A stretch of 64,000 bases of DNA, from positions 224,001 through 288,000 of the forward strand of contig OZ244207.1 of the NCBI GenBank assembly GCA_965216875.1, given 5' to 3'. Every line of letters begins with the position of its first letter. Within the stretch, counting starts at the first letter, position 1. Source of the DNA: Rubripirellula sp. (GTDB lineage: Bacteria; Planctomycetota; Planctomycetia; Pirellulales; Pirellulaceae). Positions 27,442 through 38,428 of the stretch are shown piece by piece. The position numbers and the translations under genes were made by a program. Under the pieces are notes generated by a model, which was given only the letters and a program-made list of their open reading frames with translations, was not told where the DNA came from and made no database searches.

Positions 27442-30400
27442 TTAGACGCCAGCCAAGCGGTTTGCGAGTGTCGCGTCGTTCATTGACGGTTGCATCGGGT
27501 CGGCGCCCAAGGTGCCAATGAGTTTTTGCTCGTAGTCGGCCGCTTCGGCGATAGCCCGTTGCTCGCGGGCGTATTGTAGTCGCTCGTGGAGGTCCAATTC
27601 ATCCGCCATGCCCGGCTTGGAAGCGATGTAGTTTGACAAACGCTCCTCAAAGTCGGCCCAGTGCTGGATGTCCTTGTGTTTTTTGGCAGCCAAGCGACGT
27701 TGGTACCATTCGCTTTCGAGCAACGATTCGCGTGTGAATAGCTTGCGAACTTCCGGATCGTAGACCGTTTTGCCTTCATATTGGCCGGTCGCCATGATGC
27801 TCAGTGCGGCTCGCAGCGGTGGGCATGCCAATTCGTAGCCACCATCGTCAAAGTAGCGTTGGGCAACACGTTGCTGTGCCTCGGCGATGTGCAAAATGCC
27901 ATCGGCGAACGATTCGAAATCTTGCTTTTCAGGCTGCAAGATCTCGTCGGTGAACACCTTGTCCGGGTTGTCAAAGACGCGAGCCAAGTAGGTTCGAACG
28001 AACTTGCGTGTGATGCGGTAGCCGAGACGGCTGCCCGGAATCTGGTTGCCGTTATGCTCGAAGTCTTTCACTGGCTCGAGCATGCCTTCGGCGATGAGCT
28101 TATCGGGGTCGCGTTCGTTAGGGCCCATGCGACACCAAACTTCTGGGATCAGCAGCGAGATGTCGTGGCCAACTTCAAAGCGTGGGCCGATGTGTCCCGC
28201 CGCAGTGCTGAAACCACCAAGGCCGGTCAGGATCATCGAAGCGACCATCGAGTTCAAATCGACCGCGGGCATCAACGCGTTGAAGGGACCTTTGGTCAAT
28301 GCACCTTCGCTACCGGCTCCCGTTGTGCTTGGGCTTTTGCCGGTCAACGAACAGACATAGTCCATGATCAGCTCAGGCAGTTCCTGGTAATGCAGCGGTG
28401 AAAAAACCGCAAGCGATCGGAAACCGGCGACAGGGTCTGGTGGGTTGTTGCGGCGTCCGCTCAGTACCGCGCCGACGGGCATGTGGGTCGGCGCATCGGC
28501 CGGGAGGCTGCGTTGTAATTGAGCACCACGCATTGCAACGTAGCTGTCGCGTTGATTGACGAGGTCGGGGCGGTCTTGCAAGTACCGTGGGTTCTTGGTC
28601 GGTTTGCCATCGACAATCCGAGGCTCGGAGGTGCAAACGACATAACCACTGTCATTCTTCGCAGCTTTGCTCAAGAAGTCCTTCATGCGATCGGTGAACT
28701 TATCGAACTCCATCGCTTCGTCGACAATGTTCGCAGTTTGCTCAAGCGTCATCGGTTCGAAGTTGCTGACGAAGCTTCCCGGACGCGACAGGTCCCATTC
28801 GGTTTGCTTGTCCAATCCGCGATGAATTGCATCGTCAGGTCGTTGGAACAAACGGTATTCGCAGTTCTCGACAAACTTGTAGCTGAAGGCAGGTTGGAGT
28901 GCGGGACCGGGCTGAGTGACCGAGTCCGAAGGAACCACCACACTGCAGCTGATGTCGTCTTCGCGTTGGACCTTGGCCGCTGCGATAAAGTCTTGACGCA
29001 ACTTGAAGGTGCGCCAGCGTGCTTCATCCAAACCGACTCGCAGGTAGGTACCGACCAGACGGCGTTCGCCAAGTTTCAATTCGTGACCGGGCGAACCGTT
29101 GACGATGTCGACACCAAAGTGCTTGCGCCAATCGGTTTCCATTCCAGGACGCGTGAATCGTTTGATGATCAACGCCATCGAGTAGACGTGCTCGGGGATT
29201 TCGGCGAGCCAAGCGTTGTAGCTTTCGTTGTAGTCGGGTGAAGGCGTGAGCAGTTTGATCACGCTTCCCAAGCTGCGGCTCGGGTCGAGCACGGTACGGC
29301 TCGGACGCTCGCTGTAGTCGGTGCGGCCGGTGTAGGCTTCGGACCAACGGTCGTGGTAATCGCGGTTGAAGATTTCGTCGAGCTTGGCGAAGTCCTCTTC
29401 GCGATCACCGATAAAGATCGGTCCGTAAAGCATGTAGTCGCGAAGGCTCTTGCTGATTTCGCTCTTGCCGCCACCACTGACGGTGCATGGCTTGTGGCAG
29501 AAGATGCCTTCGCCGACCGTTCCAACCAATCGCCACGAGGGGGCATTGGGGTGTTTTTCGAGGCGGATCTTGTAACCGCTCGGGGCGATGTAGATCTGTT
29601 TCGGCGAGAGCGGGATGCTCTTCTTTTCGCCGTTCTTTTCCCACTCGACGCAGCTGTCGGCAAGCGTCACGCGGGCGTTTTCGGGAATGTAGTAGACCGT
29701 GTCGTCGTACTTGTCGATGCCGTAGCCTTCGGGTTTGACATCGATGAACGATTCGTAGTCGCGTGCAACGTCTTCGAAGGTGCGACCGTTGTAGCGACGA
29801 CTATCGACTTGGAATTCTTCACCCAACGAGTAGGAAGCGAATGCCAACGCACCGCCCGCGTGCTCCTCTTCGACGCCGCCCATCAAGTTGGCTGCGTAAC
29901 TGATCTGGGTTTTGACTTCCTTCTTGCAATAGCCGTAGTAGTTATCGGCAATCAGCGTGACGACCACGCCCGATGCGTCGCGGCAAGTCAGCTTGAACGC
30001 GCCGCCATCGTTGTACTTTTCGTTCTCGTCCTTCCAGCACATCGAATCGCGACGTTGTCGTTCGGTCGCGTCGTCCCAATGCGGCAGGCCAAGTTCTTTC
30101 TTGGTCATTTGCGTCAGATGCGTCGCAAGAATCACGCATCCGGTGTGGCCGCTCCAGGATTTTGCGTCGAGGCCGGCGTCGTTGGCACCGATCAACGGGT
30201 CGCCAGCGTTACCGAAGATCGATTCGACAAAGTCGAGGTTGCTCACCAACGAACCGGGGGCAAAGAAGCGAACTTCAAGTGACTTGGCACCGCAGTAGCC
30301 GGGGACTTCGGGACACACTTGGGGTCGCAGCAAGAGCGAAACCCAGGTGTGAGCCGGGTTGGCTGTTTCCGACATGTACGGCAGGTTCATCAAATCCTCG

Positions 30401-30966
30401 GGAGGATTCATTGCCGAGCGGAAGAGATTGACAAAGACTTCCTTGGGGACCGCACGTTTGTCGCCCGGGATTGGCAAGCCACCTTCGACAACGTGGAACG
30501 TACCGGCGGTGGTTCGTCGGTCCGCTTTCGGATTGTTCAGGACGCCGTTGGCACATCGGTACGACGAAACCAATTCGGTTTGGAATTTGTCGCCACCAAC
30601 CGGAAGACTCAACTCGCGCGCCATGCCATGTCGGTCGAGCGTGATCGAACGGCCAGGAAGACGAACAGGCGTCTCGCCAACTTCCGAGGCGAAGTATTCA
30701 TTCAGGAAGGATTCGATTCGCAAATCAACCGGCGCGCGATAATCGGCCAAGAATGCGTTGCGTTCGCGCAGGCTGCCCAAGATGCCACGAGAAAAGTCGG
30801 CCATCTCGCCCTCGGCGTCGCCTTCGTTGGGAGGCGTCAGGCCGGCGGAGGCGAATTGCAGAGCGATGTAACTGCGCAACAATCGGCGTTCTGCCGGATC
30901 GTTGGCGATTTCTCGATTCCAGCCAACCGCTCGCTGTAGCGATGCATCATCACGAAAAAGAGCCAT
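27442..30966 (-). CDS. PPi-type phosphoenolpyruvate carboxykinase
   Basis: 1174 aa with YYGYCKKEVKTQISY, EEEHAGGA, HKPCTVSGGGKSEISK, CEYRLFQRPDDAI, TGKSPSTTGAGSEGALTK. Confidence 0.88.
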   Translation of the reverse strand: MALFRDDASLQRAVGWNREIANDPAERRLLRSYIALQFASAGLTPPNEGDAEGEMADFSRGILGSLRERNAFLADYRAPVDLRIESFLNEYFASEVGETPVRLPGRSITLDRHGMARELSLPVGGDKFQTELVSSYRCANGVLNNPKADRRTTAGTFHVVEGGLPIPGDKRAVPKEVFVNLFRSAMNPPEDLMNLPYMSETANPAHTWVSLLLRPQVCPEVPGYCGAKSLEVRFFAPGSLVSNLDFVESIFGNAGDPLIGANDAGLDAKSWSGHTGCVILATHLTQMTKKELGLPHWDDATERQRRDSMCWKDENEKYNDGGAFKLTCRDASGVVVTLIADNYYGYCKKEVKTQISYAANLMGGVEEEHAGGALAFASYSLGEEFQVDSRRYNGRTFEDVARDYESFIDVKPEGYGIDKYDDTVYYIPENARVTLADSCVEWEKNGEKKSIPLSPKQIYIAPSGYKIRLEKHPNAPSWRLVGTVGEGIFCHKPCTVSGGGKSEISKSLRDYMLYGPIFIGDREEDFAKLDEIFNRDYHDRWSEAYTGRTDYSERPSRTVLDPSRSLGSVIKLLTPSPDYNESYNAWLAEIPEHVYSMALIIKRFTRPGMETDWRKHFGVDIVNGSPGHELKLGERRLVGTYLRVGLDEARWRTFKLRQDFIAAAKVQREDDISCSVVVPSDSVTQPGPALQPAFSYKFVENCEYRLFQRPDDAIHRGLDKQTEWDLSRPGSFVSNFEPMTLEQTANIVDEAMEFDKFTDRMKDFLSKAAKNDSGYVVCTSEPRIVDGKPTKNPRYLQDRPDLVNQRDSYVAMRGAQLQRSLPADAPTHMPVGAVLSGRRNNPPDPVAGFRSLAVFSPLHYQELPELIMDYVCSLTGKSPSTTGAGSEGALTKGPFNALMPAVDLNSMVASMILTGLGGFSTAAGHIGPRFEVGHDISLLIPEVWCRMGPNERDPDKLIAEGMLEPVKDFEHNGNQIPGSRLGYRITRKFVRTYLARVFDNPDKVFTDEILQPEKQDFESFADGILHIAEAQQRVAQRYFDDGGYELACPPLRAALSIMATGQYEGKTVYDPEVRKLFTRESLLESEWYQRRLAAKKHKDIQHWADFEERLSNYIASKPGMADELDLHERLQYAREQRAIAEAADYEQKLIGTLGADPMQPSMNDATLANRLAGV

Positions 30967-31306
30967 GGCGATATTCCCAAAAGACTGTGCGGGGCGTGAA
31001 ATGAGTTGAGTCTTGAGGGCATTGCTGGCCTCAAAACGACCGCCCAGAATACCAAATCAGCGTCGTTTTTCGGCCTCCCCCCACGTCTGATTCGCACTGA
31101 AAACCCCGTGTGTTGGAGCAACTGCCGTTGTCGTCCTGACAGTGGCGTGCTCGCTAACACAAAAGACATGGTGTTCGCGGAGCATGGGCTTGGGCGCCGA
31201 TCGCTTCGGCGGACTATGTAGCGACTGCGGTGACTTCACTACCTCGCCCGCGACTTGCCGCACCCCCTAGGTGATGGTTTTCCCGAAAGCGCGCGCTCCA
31301 ACAATC

Positions 31307-31510
31307 ACCCTCCCGCTTGCGGGAGGGTCGGACGCAAAGTCCGGGGAGGGAATGAACGACCCTCTCCGGGCCTTAGAGCCCGACTCTCCCAAGGGAGATT
31401 GTTAACGTGCGCTTTTTCGAAGCCTGGAGCACTCGATGCGCGAGGGGCAAGGGCCCGTGGCCTCACGGCCAGCGGCTCACGGACCACCTTCTGGCGAAGG
31501 TAGCTACGGG
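31307..31510. repeat. Composite cluster of three REP-like hairpin families
   Basis: ACCCTCCCGC-TT-GCGGGAGGGT hairpin plus an inverted partner (31307-31400); minus-strand GTGAGCCG...GGGCCC (31451-31480); minus-strand GTAGCTACCTTCGCCAGAAGGTGG (31484-31507). Confidence 0.75.
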
Positions 31511-31574
31511 CGAAGGTAGTTAGGGGGTGGGCGGCTGATATAGTTGCCGTGGGACAGCTCGACTCGGACTCGCG

Positions 31575-32483
31575 ATGACTGACAAAGCATCCATTCAATC
31601 GGCAATCGACCAGCTCACTGACTTCGATGTTCGCGTCGACGGTGTTGGGCCGGTCGGCGGTGGCTGCATCAGTGAAGCCTTTCGCGTTGATGTGATCCAG
31701 CGCGACGGTGGCCGAAGTACGCTGTTTGTGAAATGTAACGACGTCTCGTTTGAAGACAATTTTCGTTGCGAGGCAGCGGGACTGACGGCAATCGCGGCAA
31801 GCGAAGCGATTGCCACGACCGACGTCATTGGGGTGGGGCAATGTGATGGCCGCGTTTGGCTGGTCGCGCGATGGATCGATTGGGGAGAGCAGGCCGACCA
31901 ACGCCAGTTCTTTTCGTCGTTCGCCCACGACCTGGCGAATTTGCACCGCGTGACGACGACCGACTGGATCGGCTGGGACACCGACAACTACCTCGGGGCG
32001 GCGCCCCAAAAGAATGCGCCGCGTGAGAATTGGGTCGAGTTCTTTGCTGAGCAGCGACTTGAGTTTCAAGTTCGCTGGGCCAACGACCAAGGGCTGATCA
32101 GCACGCGTTGCCGAAATCGTTGTGACGCCATCATCAACCGCCTGGGATCGCTCCTCGCTGGCAGGACGGACGAGACCTGCTTGCTGCACGGCGACCTTTG
32201 GAGCGGCAACTACCTTTGCAATGCTGAGGGCCGCCCCGTGGTCATCGACCCGGCCGTCTACTACGGGTGTCGCGAAGCGGAATTTGGGATGCTGAAGCTA
32301 TTCGGTAGCTGTCCGCCGGGCTTTTACGACGCCTATCAGGCGACATTTCCGATGCCTGGCGGTTGGCAACAGCGGGTCAATGTCTATGTTCTTTATCATC
32401 TGCTCAACCATTTGAACCTGTTTGGCAGTGGCTACCTTGGCTCGTGTGAGTCGACGGCGGCGAGCATCTTGCAAGACTCGTAG
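31575..32483 (+). CDS. Fructosamine kinase family protein
   Basis: [41 protein letters not shown]. Confidence 0.92.
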   Translation: MTDKASIQSAIDQLTDFDVRVDGVGPVGGGCISEAFRVDVIQRDGGRSTLFVKCNDVSFEDNFRCEAAGLTAIAASEAIATTDVIGVGQCDGRVWLVARWIDWGEQADQRQFFSSFAHDLANLHRVTTTDWIGWDTDNYLGAAPQKNAPRENWVEFFAEQRLEFQVRWANDQGLISTRCRNRCDAIINRLGSLLAGRTDETCLLHGDLWSGNYLCNAEGRPVVIDPAVYYGCREAEFGMLKLFGSCPPGFYDAYQATFPMPGGWQQRVNVYVLYHLLNHLNLFGSGYLGSCESTAASILQDS

Positions 32484-32527
32484 CTGCCACCTGGACCGTC
32501 ATCCGTACAACATTCGAAAAGTCATCC

Positions 32528-33295
32528 ATGCTTGCCGCTCGCGTGATCCCCTGCCTGGACGTACATGAAGGACGAGTCGTCAAAGGCACCAATTTTGTCA
32601 ACCTTCGCGACGCGGGTGACCCTGTTGAAGTCGCGCGGCGCTACGAAGCCGAAGGCGCCGACGAACTTGTGTTTTTGGACATCACGGCCAGTCACGAAGA
32701 GCGAGACATCATCCTAGACGTGGTCAGCCGAACGGCCGAGCAAGTCTTCATGCCGCTTACCGTGGGTGGCGGAGTTCGAACGATTGAAGACGTCCGTGCT
32801 CTTTTGTCGGCGGGTTGTGACAAAGTGTCGATCAACTCGGCCGCCTGCAAAGATCCCGAGTTCGTGCGGCGTGCCGCCGACCGGTTCGGTAGCCAATGCA
32901 TCGTCGTGAACATCGACCCCAAACGTGTCCAAAAAGATGGCGAAGAAACCTGGGAAGTTCACATCAACGGCGGCCGCACACCGACTGGCCTGATGGCCGT
33001 CGAGTGGGCTCTGGAGGTGGAGCGTCTGGGGGCGGGCGAAATCGTACTGACCAGCATGGACTGTGACGGAACCAAAGACGGGTACGACTTGCCGATCACG
33101 GCGGCGGTCAGCGATGCTGTCTCGATTCCCGTCGTTGCCAGCGGTGGCGCAGGTCACCCCCAACACCTCGCCGATGCGATCACCAAAGGAAAAGCAGACG
33201 CCGCGCTGGCGGCAAGCATCTTTCACTTTGGTGAATTCACGATCGGTGAAACCAAGAAGATCATGCAAGATGCCGGCGTCGCAGTCAGAATGTAA
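32528..33295 (+). CDS. hisF: Imidazole glycerol phosphate synthase subunit HisF
   Basis: [44 protein letters not shown]. Confidence 0.98.
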   Translation: MLAARVIPCLDVHEGRVVKGTNFVNLRDAGDPVEVARRYEAEGADELVFLDITASHEERDIILDVVSRTAEQVFMPLTVGGGVRTIEDVRALLSAGCDKVSINSAACKDPEFVRRAADRFGSQCIVVNIDPKRVQKDGEETWEVHINGGRTPTGLMAVEWALEVERLGAGEIVLTSMDCDGTKDGYDLPITAAVSDAVSIPVVASGGAGHPQHLADAITKGKADAALAASIFHFGEFTIGETKKIMQDAGVAVRM

Positions 33296-33348
33296 CTCAC
33301 GGGCGTCCAAGCGAAGGCGACTTGAAGGTGGGGCGATAGAGACATTCC

Positions 33349-34092
33349 ATGCAATCGATTGCTTTTCGCACGCTGTGTGATCCTGACGCTCCCAAGGCCG
33401 ACGTGTTTTGGATTCACCATGCTGGCGGTGTCACCAACACTCTTGCGCACCGCGCCAAGTCGATTGAGTTGCCGCTGCGAATTCGCACGCCACTGATGCC
33501 CGCACGCGAGCAGCTCGTTGACCAAGCGTTCGATGGCGACCTTTGCCAGCTCGCCGAAATGATTGCCCAGGAGATCGTTGCGACGACCGGCAGCGGTTTG
33601 CCGCTCGTCTTGGCCGGCCACAGCTTCGGAAGCGTGATTGCCTACCGAGTCGCCTGTGAACTCGCCAAGCAAGACGTACCCGTGCATCGTCTGCTGGTCA
33701 TGTCGTTTCTATCGCCCGACCAGCTCAAGGGAAGCGAGCGATTCGATTCGCTTGATGACCAGGAGCTGATCCAACGCGTTGACGAAGTCTTTGGTGGTGT
33801 TCCTGCGGCAATCCGCGACGATCCCGAAACGCTGCGACATTTCATCCCCGCGCTACGTTTCGATGTCGAACTGCTGGCCAAGTATCGACACGATGATCGA
33901 ACGCCCAAGCTCGGGACCGAGATCATGGCCATCTCGGGAACGGACGACGAGAGCTTGGAACTGTCGCAGGTTGCGGGGTGGAAGAACTTGACCCGTGGTC
34001 AAACCCGTCTTGTCAGCATGCCAGGGGATCACTTTTTCGCTCTCGAGCGTTTTGCCGAAGTCTTGCAGGCAGCGACGTGGGACGTTGTTTAA
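33349..34092 (+). CDS. Type II thioesterase-like alpha/beta hydrolase
   Basis: HHAGG, LAGHSFGS nucleophile elbow, PGDHFF. Confidence 0.85.
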   Translation: MQSIAFRTLCDPDAPKADVFWIHHAGGVTNTLAHRAKSIELPLRIRTPLMPAREQLVDQAFDGDLCQLAEMIAQEIVATTGSGLPLVLAGHSFGSVIAYRVACELAKQDVPVHRLLVMSFLSPDQLKGSERFDSLDDQELIQRVDEVFGGVPAAIRDDPETLRHFIPALRFDVELLAKYRHDDRTPKLGTEIMAISGTDDESLELSQVAGWKNLTRGQTRLVSMPGDHFFALERFAEVLQAATWDVV

Positions 34093-34338
34093 GGCGGATA
34101 TTGTTTAAAGCGGATCTTGCCTGAGGCGGGTATCGTCTGACGTGAACAACGGTCGAAAGCATGTGGGTGGTGGAAGCCGTCCCGCCCGTTGTTGACGTCA
34201 CAAACATCGCGATTCCGGGTCGCAATACGTCCGACCGGGTTGACCAGTCCGCGTGCCTGAGATTACACCAATGCGGTGCGTTCGCGCTCGATTCCCCACG
34301 CTGTGTTCCGTCCCTCTTATTGAAAAGTCCTGATCGCC

Positions 34339-35910
34339 GTGTCTGAAGCCGTCCCGATTCGCAATGCCTTGATCAGCGTCAGTGACAAGCTTGGTTTGGC
34401 CGATTTCGCAGCAGGACTGCGGCGCGCCGGCGTCACCATCTACAGCACCGGCGGAACGCGCCGCCACCTCGAGCAGTCTGGCGTCGAGGTTCTCGACGTT
34501 GCTGAGTACACCGGTTTTCCCGAAATGCTTGACGGCCGAGTCAAGACGCTCCACCCGCGCGTCTTTGGTGGCATCCTTGCCATTCGCGATCGCGCCGACC
34601 ACATGGAAGCGATCGGCGAACACGACATCGAGCCGTTCGATCTTGTTGTGGTGAACCTATATCCCTTTGCGGCGACCGCCTCACGTGCCGGCGCGACTCG
34701 CGAAGAATGTGTCGAACAAATCGACATCGGCGGTCCGAGCCTCGTGCGCGCCGCGGCCAAGAACCACAATGATGTTGCCATCGCCACCAGCCCTGAGCAG
34801 TACGGCGAAATCCTCGCGCAGCTCGACACGCTTGGCGGCACTACCTTTGATCTGCGTCAGCAGCTCGCAAGCGACGCCTTTGATCACACCGCTGCTTACG
34901 ACCGAGCGATCGCCGACTACATGCGTGGCGATTCGATCTCGGGCGAGTTCCCTGCAAGCTTGCACCTCTCGCTGCGTCGCAAGGCTCAACTACGCTACGG
35001 CGAAAACCCGCACCAGCGCGCCGCGCTCTACGCCGATCCCAGTGCAAAGTCCGCCAACCTCGTTTCGGCGCGACAACTTAGCGGCAAAGAACTTTCCTAC
35101 AACAACTTGCTTGACCTCGATTCGGCCCTCGACATCGTTCGCAACATGGGCGGGCCAGCGGTGTCGGTTATCAAGCACAACAATCCCTGCGGTGCCGCGA
35201 CCGACAACAAGCTCGCTCGAGCTTGTCAGAAAGCACTCGATGGTGACCCGTTGAGTGCGTTTGGCTCGGTGCTCGGCTTCAACCGAACCGTCGACACCGA
35301 AACTGCGGAACTGCTTTGCCAACCCGGTTTGTTCATCGAAGCGATCGTCGCACCCGATTTCGAAGCCGAAGCCGTCGGCTTGCTGACCACAAAACCTCGC
35401 TGGCGCGAAAACGTTCGGCTAATGCAGGTTGGGATTCTTGATGAACCACCACCGCCGATCCAACGGCGGTTCATCAGCGGCGGGATGCTGGTCCAGGACG
35501 CCGATCGTCTTACGAGCGCACCACTGCAATGGAAAACGGTGACCGACACGAAAGTCGCCGATGAACTTTGGGATGACGTTGCGTTTGGCTGGGAAATGGT
35601 GCGTCACGTCAAGAGCAACGCCATCGTGCTTGCCAAAGACACCTCACTTATCGGCGTCGGCGCTGGACAGATGAGTCGCGTCGACAGTGTCGAGATTGCG
35701 ATCGACAAGGCGGGCGACCGTGTCGTCGGCTCGATCTTGGCTTCGGATGCATTCTTTCCGTTTCCCGATTCGATCGAGGCAGCAGCCGAGGCTGGCATTG
35801 TCGCGATTGTGCAACCGGGCGGCTCGCGCCGCGACCAGGAAGTCATCGAAGCCTGCGACAAACACAATCTGCCGATGGTGTTCACGGGCCGACGTCACTT
35901 CAAGCACTGA
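34339..35910 (+). CDS. purH: Bifunctional AICAR transformylase/IMP cyclohydrolase
   Basis: ALISVSDK, GRVKTLHP, IDIGGP, LRYGENPHQ, KHNNPCG, GQMSRVDS, TGRRHFKH. Confidence 0.98.
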   Translation: MSEAVPIRNALISVSDKLGLADFAAGLRRAGVTIYSTGGTRRHLEQSGVEVLDVAEYTGFPEMLDGRVKTLHPRVFGGILAIRDRADHMEAIGEHDIEPFDLVVVNLYPFAATASRAGATREECVEQIDIGGPSLVRAAAKNHNDVAIATSPEQYGEILAQLDTLGGTTFDLRQQLASDAFDHTAAYDRAIADYMRGDSISGEFPASLHLSLRRKAQLRYGENPHQRAALYADPSAKSANLVSARQLSGKELSYNNLLDLDSALDIVRNMGGPAVSVIKHNNPCGAATDNKLARACQKALDGDPLSAFGSVLGFNRTVDTETAELLCQPGLFIEAIVAPDFEAEAVGLLTTKPRWRENVRLMQVGILDEPPPPIQRRFISGGMLVQDADRLTSAPLQWKTVTDTKVADELWDDVAFGWEMVRHVKSNAIVLAKDTSLIGVGAGQMSRVDSVEIAIDKAGDRVVGSILASDAFFPFPDSIEAAAEAGIVAIVQPGGSRRDQEVIEACDKHNLPMVFTGRRHFKH

Positions 35911-36012
35911 TCGTCACGTCAATGCTTTGAAACACCCGACCTGCCAACACACCCGATTCTGCAAATCGCCGCCAACACGCCCGACCCTGCGCCTCGATCG
36001 GCCCAGTGAATC

Positions 36013-36792
36013 ATGACCATCCTTGACGATATCCTGGTAAAGACGCGGCAAACGATTGCAGCCGATCAACAGCTTGTCGCCGCGTCGGAGCTCGAGGCCG
36101 CGGTCGCCGACCAACCGCCCTGTCGCGATTTTCATGGCGCACTTGCGTCCGGCGATCGCGTGCAATTGATCGCCGAGGTCAAAAAGGCGAGTCCTTCTGC
36201 GGGGCTGATTCGCGAGGACTTTGACCCGCCAACGATCGCGTCTTGTTACGAAAAAGGCGGCGCGGCATGCATCAGTGTTTTGACCGATGAACCTTTCTTT
36301 CAAGGTTCGCTCGACTACTTGAAACAAGTGCGCGCGGCAGCCGACCTGCCGATTCTTCGCAAAGACTTTATCGTCGACCGCTACCAGTTGCTACAGGCTC
36401 GTGCGGCCGGCGCCGACTGCGTGCTGCTCATTGCCGAATGCTTGACGGCCGATCAGCTCAAGACGCTTCACGATCAAGCAACCGAACTCGGTTTGCAAAC
36501 GTTGATCGAGCTCTACGAACCGGAAAACCTCGATGCTGTATTGGCAACAGGAACGAAGCTCGTCGGAATCAACAACCGCGACCTGCGGACGTTTCATACA
36601 ACGCTGCAGCACACTTTGTCGATTTGTCCGAATATTCCGAATGATCGGCTTGTTGTAGGCGAAAGTGGCATTCGCACGTTTGCCGATCTACAGCTCTTGG
36701 CAACCGGCGGTGTGAAAGCAGTGCTGGTCGGTGAATCACTCATGCGACAAGACGATATCACCGACGCGACGCGACGACTATTGAACGGTTGA
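36013..36792 (+). CDS. trpC: Indole-3-glycerol phosphate synthase
   Basis: IAEVKKASPSAG, SVLTD..FF.GS, LRKDF, GINNRDL, ESGI, LVGESLM. Confidence 0.97.
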   Translation: MTILDDILVKTRQTIAADQQLVAASELEAAVADQPPCRDFHGALASGDRVQLIAEVKKASPSAGLIREDFDPPTIASCYEKGGAACISVLTDEPFFQGSLDYLKQVRAAADLPILRKDFIVDRYQLLQARAAGADCVLLIAECLTADQLKTLHDQATELGLQTLIELYEPENLDAVLATGTKLVGINNRDLRTFHTTLQHTLSICPNIPNDRLVVGESGIRTFADLQLLATGGVKAVLVGESLMRQDDITDATRRLLNG

Positions 36793-36840
36793 TTGCGTTT
36801 TTGAGTTGTCACCTCTCGATCGAAGATTACGCTCGGACTT

Positions 36841-38238
36841 GTGTCTAACCGTCTCGAGCGTCTCACTACTCGATCGCAATCTATGCCCGCCGCAGGTTCC
36901 GCCATTGACTCTGTCGAAGCGCCCCGTTTCGAACTCGGCAACCGGGGACTTGCGATCGTCGCTGCGCTGATGTTGATGCTTGGTGTCGGCGCCACCGCGG
37001 CCCGAACGATCGTCAAATACCAACCTCCGGGGCCGTTCGATCCAAGTCGACAGGGCATGTGCGACTTTCACAACGGTATCTACTTTCCCACGCGAGCGAT
37101 GTTGCGTGGCGAAAGCCCTTACGGTGCCGACTATGCAGCCACCTACCCGGTTGCCCGGCAGATCCCGTTTTTTTCGCCAGCGATCCTTGCGCTGCACGCC
37201 CCACTCGCGTTGATGCCGTTGCATGTTGGCGAAGTCTTGCACTTCAGCCTTTCACTCGGGGTGATCGTTGCCATCGCTTACCTCGTTGTCCTCGCATCGG
37301 GGTTGCCCAAACGATGGGATTACGTGATCGGCATATCGGCGGCGTTGGTCTTCACACGCGGCGGACACATCACGCTCTTTGATGGCTACTTCACGCTCGA
37401 GCTTGTGCTCGCGTCTTTGTTAGCGATTCACTGGGGAAACAAACGTCCTTGGTTGGCGGCATTAGCATTGGTGGTTGTGTCTGCCAAACCAACCTACATT
37501 TTGCCGCTGGGGTTTTTGCTGTTGGCACGAGGCAACTTCAAGCCGCTCGTCATTGGGGCGATCCTCAGTGTGGTCGCGGCTGCCATTCCAATGGGATGGA
37601 TGGCCTACCATCAAGGTGACGGCGACCTCGGCGCCGGGCTGGCAAGCATTCGAGCCGACATCTCCGGGGCTCAAGAGATCCACCGCGCCCAAGAAGATGA
37701 GTCGCCCGTTCACTCTTGGACCCGTGTTGACCTGTTGGCGATCGTCGCGAAATGGACCGAGGATGATCCCGCCGAGGCGACCCATTTGATCGTCATGGCG
37801 GTGCTGCTTTTTCCAGCCATGGTGGTGCTCTTTCGACGCTGCCGAAGGGGTGTTGACGATGGTGTCTGCGGACTCACAGGCGCGATCATTCTGAGTGCAC
37901 TTCTGACGAGTCTTTACCACCAATCGTATGACGTCCTGTTGCTTGTCGCGCCAGCGGTTGGAGTGCTCGCTGCCAGACTCGATGGATGGCGATCGCTAGG
38001 GGCGTGGCATCGAATCGCATTGGCCGGTGTGATGTTGTTGCCCGCTTACAACTACCTCTCGACTCGGATGTTCCTGTTGCGGATCGACCCCGATCCCACA
38101 ACCGTGAAGTTGCTGACCAGCCTGAACGGAATCTCACTGGCCATTTTGATGGTTTGGTGCCTTTTTCTGGCGGCCCGTGGGGCGGCGAAATTGCCCACAG
38201 AATCGTCGCAATCGTACCCTGAACAACAAAGCACCTAA
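36841..38238 (+). CDS. GT87/DUF2029-like polytopic membrane glycosyltransferase (GT-C)
   Basis: DFHNGIY...LRGESPY, F.P.....HAPLA, many TM helices, SAKP and YD motifs. Confidence 0.7.
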   Translation: MSNRLERLTTRSQSMPAAGSAIDSVEAPRFELGNRGLAIVAALMLMLGVGATAARTIVKYQPPGPFDPSRQGMCDFHNGIYFPTRAMLRGESPYGADYAATYPVARQIPFFSPAILALHAPLALMPLHVGEVLHFSLSLGVIVAIAYLVVLASGLPKRWDYVIGISAALVFTRGGHITLFDGYFTLELVLASLLAIHWGNKRPWLAALALVVVSAKPTYILPLGFLLLARGNFKPLVIGAILSVVAAAIPMGWMAYHQGDGDLGAGLASIRADISGAQEIHRAQEDESPVHSWTRVDLLAIVAKWTEDDPAEATHLIVMAVLLFPAMVVLFRRCRRGVDDGVCGLTGAIILSALLTSLYHQSYDVLLLVAPAVGVLAARLDGWRSLGAWHRIALAGVMLLPAYNYLSTRMFLLRIDPDPTTVKLLTSLNGISLAILMVWCLFLAARGAAKLPTESSQSYPEQQST

Positions 38239-38428
38239 AAGGCCTGTGTTGCCCACGCTGCGCATGTTGCCCGGCCGGTTGACGCAGTTACACTGTCCTT
38301 GGAGGGCCGGTCAATTGGCCCATTTTCGCACGGGCACCGGCCCCAAATGCGTGTCGGATTGCAGGCATGTGGGGACGTTCTGCTGCAGTTCTTCAGCACT
38401 CGAAAAAACAACTTGACGAGCTACTCTC

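Noticed and set aside
31305..32189. 294-aa minus-strand ORF and other long antisense ORFs
   Set aside because: Shadows of well-supported genes on the opposite strand in GC-rich DNA.
34093..34338. ZTP (pfl) riboswitch before purH
   Set aside because: The conserved GACUGGCG and CGCCUGGG elements were not found.
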